A stretch of 64,000 nt of DNA from Polyangiaceae bacterium. GTDB lineage: Bacteria > Myxococcota_A > Polyangia > Polyangiales > Polyangiaceae. This document shows, in pieces, positions 59,590 through 64,000 of this stretch (position 1 is its first letter; each line of letters starts with the position of its first letter). The DNA is taken from the NCBI GenBank assembly GCA_050287085.1, contig JBNKBE010000011.1, positions 96,001 through 160,000 of the forward strand, written 5' to 3'. Made by a program: the position numbers and the translations under genes. A model generated the notes under the pieces. That model saw only the letters and a program-made list of their open reading frames with translations, was not told the DNA's origin and made no database searches.

Positions 59590-60054
59590 CAGGCTCGTAC
59601 AGTAGCCGAGTAAGGCGAACACCTACAACGGGCGCCATCATTGTCGCTTTCAGGTTACGAACCTTGTCAGTGCTGCGGCCTTGTGCGGTTCGGCCACCGT
59701 CCCCCAACTCTATTCACCTAAACGCGATATCGGACGTGATTGGACAAGTTCGATCTCCCTGTGCCGCGCACAAACACGCCCAACAACACAGTTCGCAGGA
59801 CAAGGGAGCCGACGCCAATGGGAGCGTTCTGTATCGCAGCGCGCCAGAAAGCACGTTTGCCGTTTCTCAATGCACCACGCGCGCCCCAAGACAGTCCCGT
59901 TCTGAGTCGCTTGGTGCGATCTAGTCGCGACTAATTGAGAAGCGCTCACAGATCAACAGCCCAGGGCCACTGCCTAGTCAAAGCCGATGCGCGCAACAGG
60001 GAGCGCCCATTGGCGAAGAGCTGAACCCTGACTTCCCGTTCCGGAGACCACTCA

Positions 60055-60648
<594 letters not shown>

Positions 60649-60884
60649 GCGCAGCGTCCGGTGTGCGCCCTCGAGTTCCCGCTGGAACTTGAAAGCCTCA
60701 ACGCGACGACGGACTCCAGGTGGAGTCCGTCGTTGCCGTTTGTGTGTCCAGCATAGCCTTCGCGCTTAGGGCGCGCGGCTATGGGCGCGTTGGGAGTGTG
60801 GCACCGCATCGATACGAGGTGAACTCGGGACGCAGCTACTTGGGTAGAAAGGTCCGCCGCGAGCGACGGCCAGAGCCCCGTGTA

Positions 60885-61289
60885 TCAGTCAGCAGCAGGG
60901 ACGCGACCGGAAGCCAAGAGTGGCAACAGCTGCGCGCGGTGCGCGACACATAGGTAGGTCTCGAGCGCCACGAGCACTGCAACCATGCCCAACGAAGGCG
61001 CCAGCAACCAATGGAAGAGCGCGATGTTGACGATGATCGGGGCCAGTATGACAAGCGCGAGCGGAACTGCGCGACCCGCTAGTAGGAGCAGTCCGGCTAC
61101 GACCTCGACCGCCTTGAGTACTGGGAATAGATAGCCGGTCGCCGCTAGAGCTCCGACAAACGCCCCCGCAGCATCGGGCATGGGCGGCATGGGCATGAAC
61201 TGAAGAAAACCGTTCAAGCCAAAGACGAAAAAGATCAGGCCCAGGACGAGGCGAGCAGCGGTCGGCGCAATACGTTTGATAGCTTCCAT
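60885..61289 (-). CDS. DoxX family membrane protein
   Basis: RLVLGLIFFVFGLNGF, EVVAGLLLL, LAPIIVNIALFH. Confidence 0.9.
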   Translation of the reverse strand: MEAIKRIAPTAARLVLGLIFFVFGLNGFLQFMPMPPMPDAAGAFVGALAATGYLFPVLKAVEVVAGLLLLAGRAVPLALVILAPIIVNIALFHWLLAPSLGMVAVLVALETYLCVAHRAQLLPLLASGRVPAAD

Positions 61290-61312
61290 AAGTCGGCTCC
61301 TTAAAAAGGGAT

Positions 61313-61387
61313 GGCCCAGATTGTGGACCGCTTGCGCTTCCCCACAAGGAGGGTAGTGTGGCCTTCACTGTCCCAAATCTGGGATAG
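61313..61387. promoter_or_regulatory. Putative LysR binding sites in the doxX/lysR divergent region
   Basis: Dyad ctgtccca-aatc-tgggatag (61368-61387) and a related inverted weaker copy at 61313-61329. Confidence 0.5.
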
Positions 61388-61399
61388 CCGGAGGCCTTC

Positions 61400-62323
61400 G
61401 TGACCGACGTCAACCTCGACAATGTTCGTATCTTCATGCACGTAGCTGACAGCGGCAGCGTCACCGCCGCCGCTAGGCGACTCGGGGTGCCCAAGAGCAC
61501 CGTTAGCCGGCGCTTGTCTGAGTTGGAGACAGCAGTCGGAGCTCGATTGGTTCATCGAACGACGCGCAGCCTGGCGCTGACATCCGCAGGCAAGCGCTAC
61601 TACGAACAGATCGCTGGCCCGGTCAAAGAGCTCGAAACGGCACTCCGCTCGCTGCATAGCCTCGACGCCAGCCCTCGCGGCACGCTGCGCATCACAACGC
61701 CAACGGATCTTGCCATTTCCGCCATGTTGCCGATGATGGAGTCGTTTCTGTCGACCTATCCCGAGGTGCAATTGGTCATTGTGCCCACGAGCCGCCGCGT
61801 CGACTTGATCGCCGAAGGCATCGACCTCGCCCTGCGCGGTGGTCCGCTCCCGGAAAGCACCTTGGTCGCGAGGCGACTGCTCAAGGGGCACTTCGAACTT
61901 CTCGCCAGCTCCGAATATCTGGCGCGCCGCGGAACGCCCCAAACCCCCGAGGACATCGAGCAACACGACTGCTTGATCTTCAGCGCTGACGCGCCCGTCC
62001 AGACTTGGCACCTGATCAGCGTCGAGCGAGAAGTGACCGTCACCGCGCGAGGTCGACTGGCCATGAACGACTTCGGTTCACTCACGCGGGCTTGTGTGGG
62101 AGGCGCGGGTATCGCGCTCCTGCCTCGTACGTGGCCACTGGCCGTGGGCGCCCCGGAAGGCCTGGTGCGTGTACTGCCTGGGTGGCATGGCGCAACAGCC
62201 GAGCTTCACGCCGTGTTTCCAAGCAGACAACAGCTGTCGCCCACGGTGCGCGCCTTCATCGACCACGCGACAGAGTACTTTCGCGACGTGCAAGGGGCGC
62301 TGCCCCCCCACGCCGCCGTCTGA
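61400..62323 (+). CDS. LysR family transcriptional regulator (CrgA/DmlR-like)
   Basis: GSVTAAARRLGVPKSTVSRR, RTTRSLALT, VDLIAEGIDLALR, VRAFID. Confidence 0.96.
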   Translation: MTDVNLDNVRIFMHVADSGSVTAAARRLGVPKSTVSRRLSELETAVGARLVHRTTRSLALTSAGKRYYEQIAGPVKELETALRSLHSLDASPRGTLRITTPTDLAISAMLPMMESFLSTYPEVQLVIVPTSRRVDLIAEGIDLALRGGPLPESTLVARRLLKGHFELLASSEYLARRGTPQTPEDIEQHDCLIFSADAPVQTWHLISVEREVTVTARGRLAMNDFGSLTRACVGGAGIALLPRTWPLAVGAPEGLVRVLPGWHGATAELHAVFPSRQQLSPTVRAFIDHATEYFRDVQGALPPHAAV

Positions 62324-62423
62324 GCATCGCCGTCTGAGCATCGCCGTCTGAGCACCGCCGTCTGAGCACCGCCGTCTGAGCACCGCCGTCTGAGCATCGC
62401 CGTCTGAGCATCGCCGTCTGAGC
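62314..62423. repeat. Tandem repeat, 14 bp x~8 (cgccgtctgagcaY), starting at the lysR stop
   Basis: Read directly from the sequence. The first unit contains the lysR TGA. Confidence 0.95.
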
Positions 62424-62532
62424 GCGATCGGCACGCCCCCTATCGCTACCTGCGGTCGCGGCCCCCTCCTATCGCTGCCTGCGATCGAACGGTGCAGCAC
62501 ATCGCAGCGCCTCCGCACATCGCAGCGCCTCG

Positions 62533-62946
62533 TCACGAGGTGCTCAGAAGTTCCGCCCCAAGCTTGGCCATCGCGATATCCTCTTCCTCGGACATTCCGC
62601 TCACACCCACTGCACCGGCGACGCCACCCCCGACGCAAACGGGAACACCGCCGCCCCACGTGACATAGCGGAGCTCACCGAAGTTCGTCAGCGGAAACCC
62701 CTCCCGCACTGCGGCTTCTCCCAGAGCCTTGGACTCGGCTCGTTCTCTAGCAGCCGTATAGGCTTTGTTGATAGCCACGGCGATGCAGGACAGCCGGCAG
62801 TCGTCCGTCCGCAGGAATGCAAGCAGCTCCCCGTGAGGATCAACAACGGCCACAGCCGCCCCCCGACCGTGACGCTCTAGCTCAATCTTGAGCGCCGCAA
62901 TGATTCGAAAGGCGTCGTCGTGTGAAAGCGAAGTACTGTTGAGCAT
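62533..62946 (-). CDS. GlcG/HbpS family heme-binding protein
   Basis: AVAVVDPHGELLAFLRTD, AINKAYTA, GGGVPV...GAVGVSG...EED..A. Confidence 0.92.
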   Translation of the reverse strand: MLNSTSLSHDDAFRIIAALKIELERHGRGAAVAVVDPHGELLAFLRTDDCRLSCIAVAINKAYTAARERAESKALGEAAVREGFPLTNFGELRYVTWGGGVPVCVGGGVAGAVGVSGMSEEEDIAMAKLGAELLSTS

Positions 62947-63102
62947 GAGGTGATTCTAGGCGGCTCGGGCGAGCCCTGAGGACCTCATTGCACGGGCTCC
63001 GAGGCAGTCACTCGCTGGCAACGCGCAAATCCAACCCGGATGGCTGGTAAGTGGGCGGAACGGTCCCCCAACCTGGCCGTCGATTTTGAGTATAGTCCAC
63101 CC

Positions 63103-64000
63103 GTGAAACAGCGACCGCGCCTCGACTACCTGGATGGTCTGCGCGGCTTGGCCGCGACCTACGTCGTGATTTTCCATGCGGTGGGCTTCCACGCGGGGGA
63201 GTTCGACACCCTGGGAAAGGTGCTTCGGAAGCCCTGGCTGTTCGGGCACGAGGCCGTCGCAGTCTTCATCGTACTGTCCGGCTACTGCCTGATGCTCCCC
63301 ATCGCACGCTCGGATGACCAACGAATGCAGCGGTCGTTCGGGACCTATCTTCGACGCCGCGCCCAGCGCATCCTGCCGCCCTATTTCGTCGTACTCTTCG
63401 CGTCCATCGCCGCCATAGCCTTCATCCCGCTCATGAACGAGCGCACCGGAACGACGTGGGACGAGTCGTTTCCCGGCATAACGTGGGGACCCATCACAAG
63501 CCACGTGTTGTTGGTGCACAATTGGATGCCTGAGTACGCGACCCAAATCAACGGGCCGCTTTGGAGCGTGGCCAGCGAATGGCAGATCTACTTCCTACTG
63601 CCACTGCTCGTATGGGTGCGGCGGCAATGGGGTATTGCTGAACTGCTATCGTGCGCCGCTGTCATCGGCTACCTACCCGCCGTCTTCTTTCCGGAAGCCG
63701 CGGGAGCGGCAAACTCCTGGTACGTGCTTCTGTTTGCGATGGGTATGGCTGCCGCCGACATCAATTTCAGCTCGGACGCGCTGAGTCAACGTCTTGCGCG
63801 TTGGAATTGGACGCGCGTGGCCTCGCTGCTGTGGCTGGGCTTTGTCGTGCTCGGCGTGGGACTCGCCCGCTACTGGTTTCGCTCCAAACTGTTGAGCGAT
63901 CCCTATATGGGCGTCGCGACCGCCGCACTACTCATCACCCTAGGCTCCCAGTCGCACGCATCATCCCGACTTCGTCGTTTGCTTGACTCGCGCCCCTCTC
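63103..64000 (+). CDS. Acyltransferase family 3 (OafA/YrhL-like) membrane O-acyltransferase, 3'-truncated by window edge
   Basis: Not in the ORF track. Read from sequence: RLDYLDGLRGLAATYVVIFH, AVAVFIVLSGY, RRRAQRILPPY, NGPLWSVASEWQIY. Confidence 0.92.
   Translation, partial: MKQRPRLDYLDGLRGLAATYVVIFHAVGFHAGEFDTLGKVLRKPWLFGHEAVAVFIVLSGYCLMLPIARSDDQRMQRSFGTYLRRRAQRILPPYFVVLFASIAAIAFIPLMNERTGTTWDESFPGITWGPITSHVLLVHNWMPEYATQINGPLWSVASEWQIYFLLPLLVWVRRQWGIAELLSCAAVIGYLPAVFFPEAAGAANSWYVLLFAMGMAAADINFSSDALSQRLARWNWTRVASLLWLGFVVLGVGLARYWFRSKLLSDPYMGVATAALLITLGSQSHASSRLRRLLDSRPS

Noticed and set aside
62956..63546. 196-aa minus-strand ORF near the window end
   Set aside because: Antisense to a clear acyltransferase-3 gene starting at 63103 that the ORF track missed because it runs off the window.

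Overview
GC-rich bacterial chromosome segment with strong myxobacterial (Polyangiales/Sorangiineae-like) hallmarks: MYXO-CTERM-type tails, putative-metal-binding (MopE-like) repeats, Kazal, PEGA and matrixin surface proteins, and multiple ECF sigma modules. The taxonomy is inferred from protein style only. Housekeeping content: the 3' end of an Omp85/BamA-family gene, scattered branched-chain amino acid genes (marR-leuC-leuD; leuB-ilvB-ilvN; ilvE), glmS, a sirtuin, an HtpX-family protease, a cNMP-fused MscS, glutathione genes (gshB, ggt, GS-HQR), glgP and a very large CtpH/CtpI-like P-type ATPase. I recognised no rRNA, tRNA, CRISPR array, transposase or integrase. Best candidates for new biology: (1) a 6-TM hybrid histidine kinase followed after one base by a class I terpene-synthase-fold gene with altered metal-binding motifs, a possible signal synthase/receptor or pseudo-enzyme sensor pair; (2) two homologous ~140-nt intergenic fold-back elements 56 kb apart, which look like an unannotated structured RNA family; (3) two copies of an outer-membrane protein / ECF sigma / single-TM anti-sigma-like module; (4) a small gene plus a perfect 26-bp palindrome upstream of glmS; (5) many young 14-21-bp tandem repeats. 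All family calls come from reading motifs by eye; no searches were run and many start codons are best guesses.
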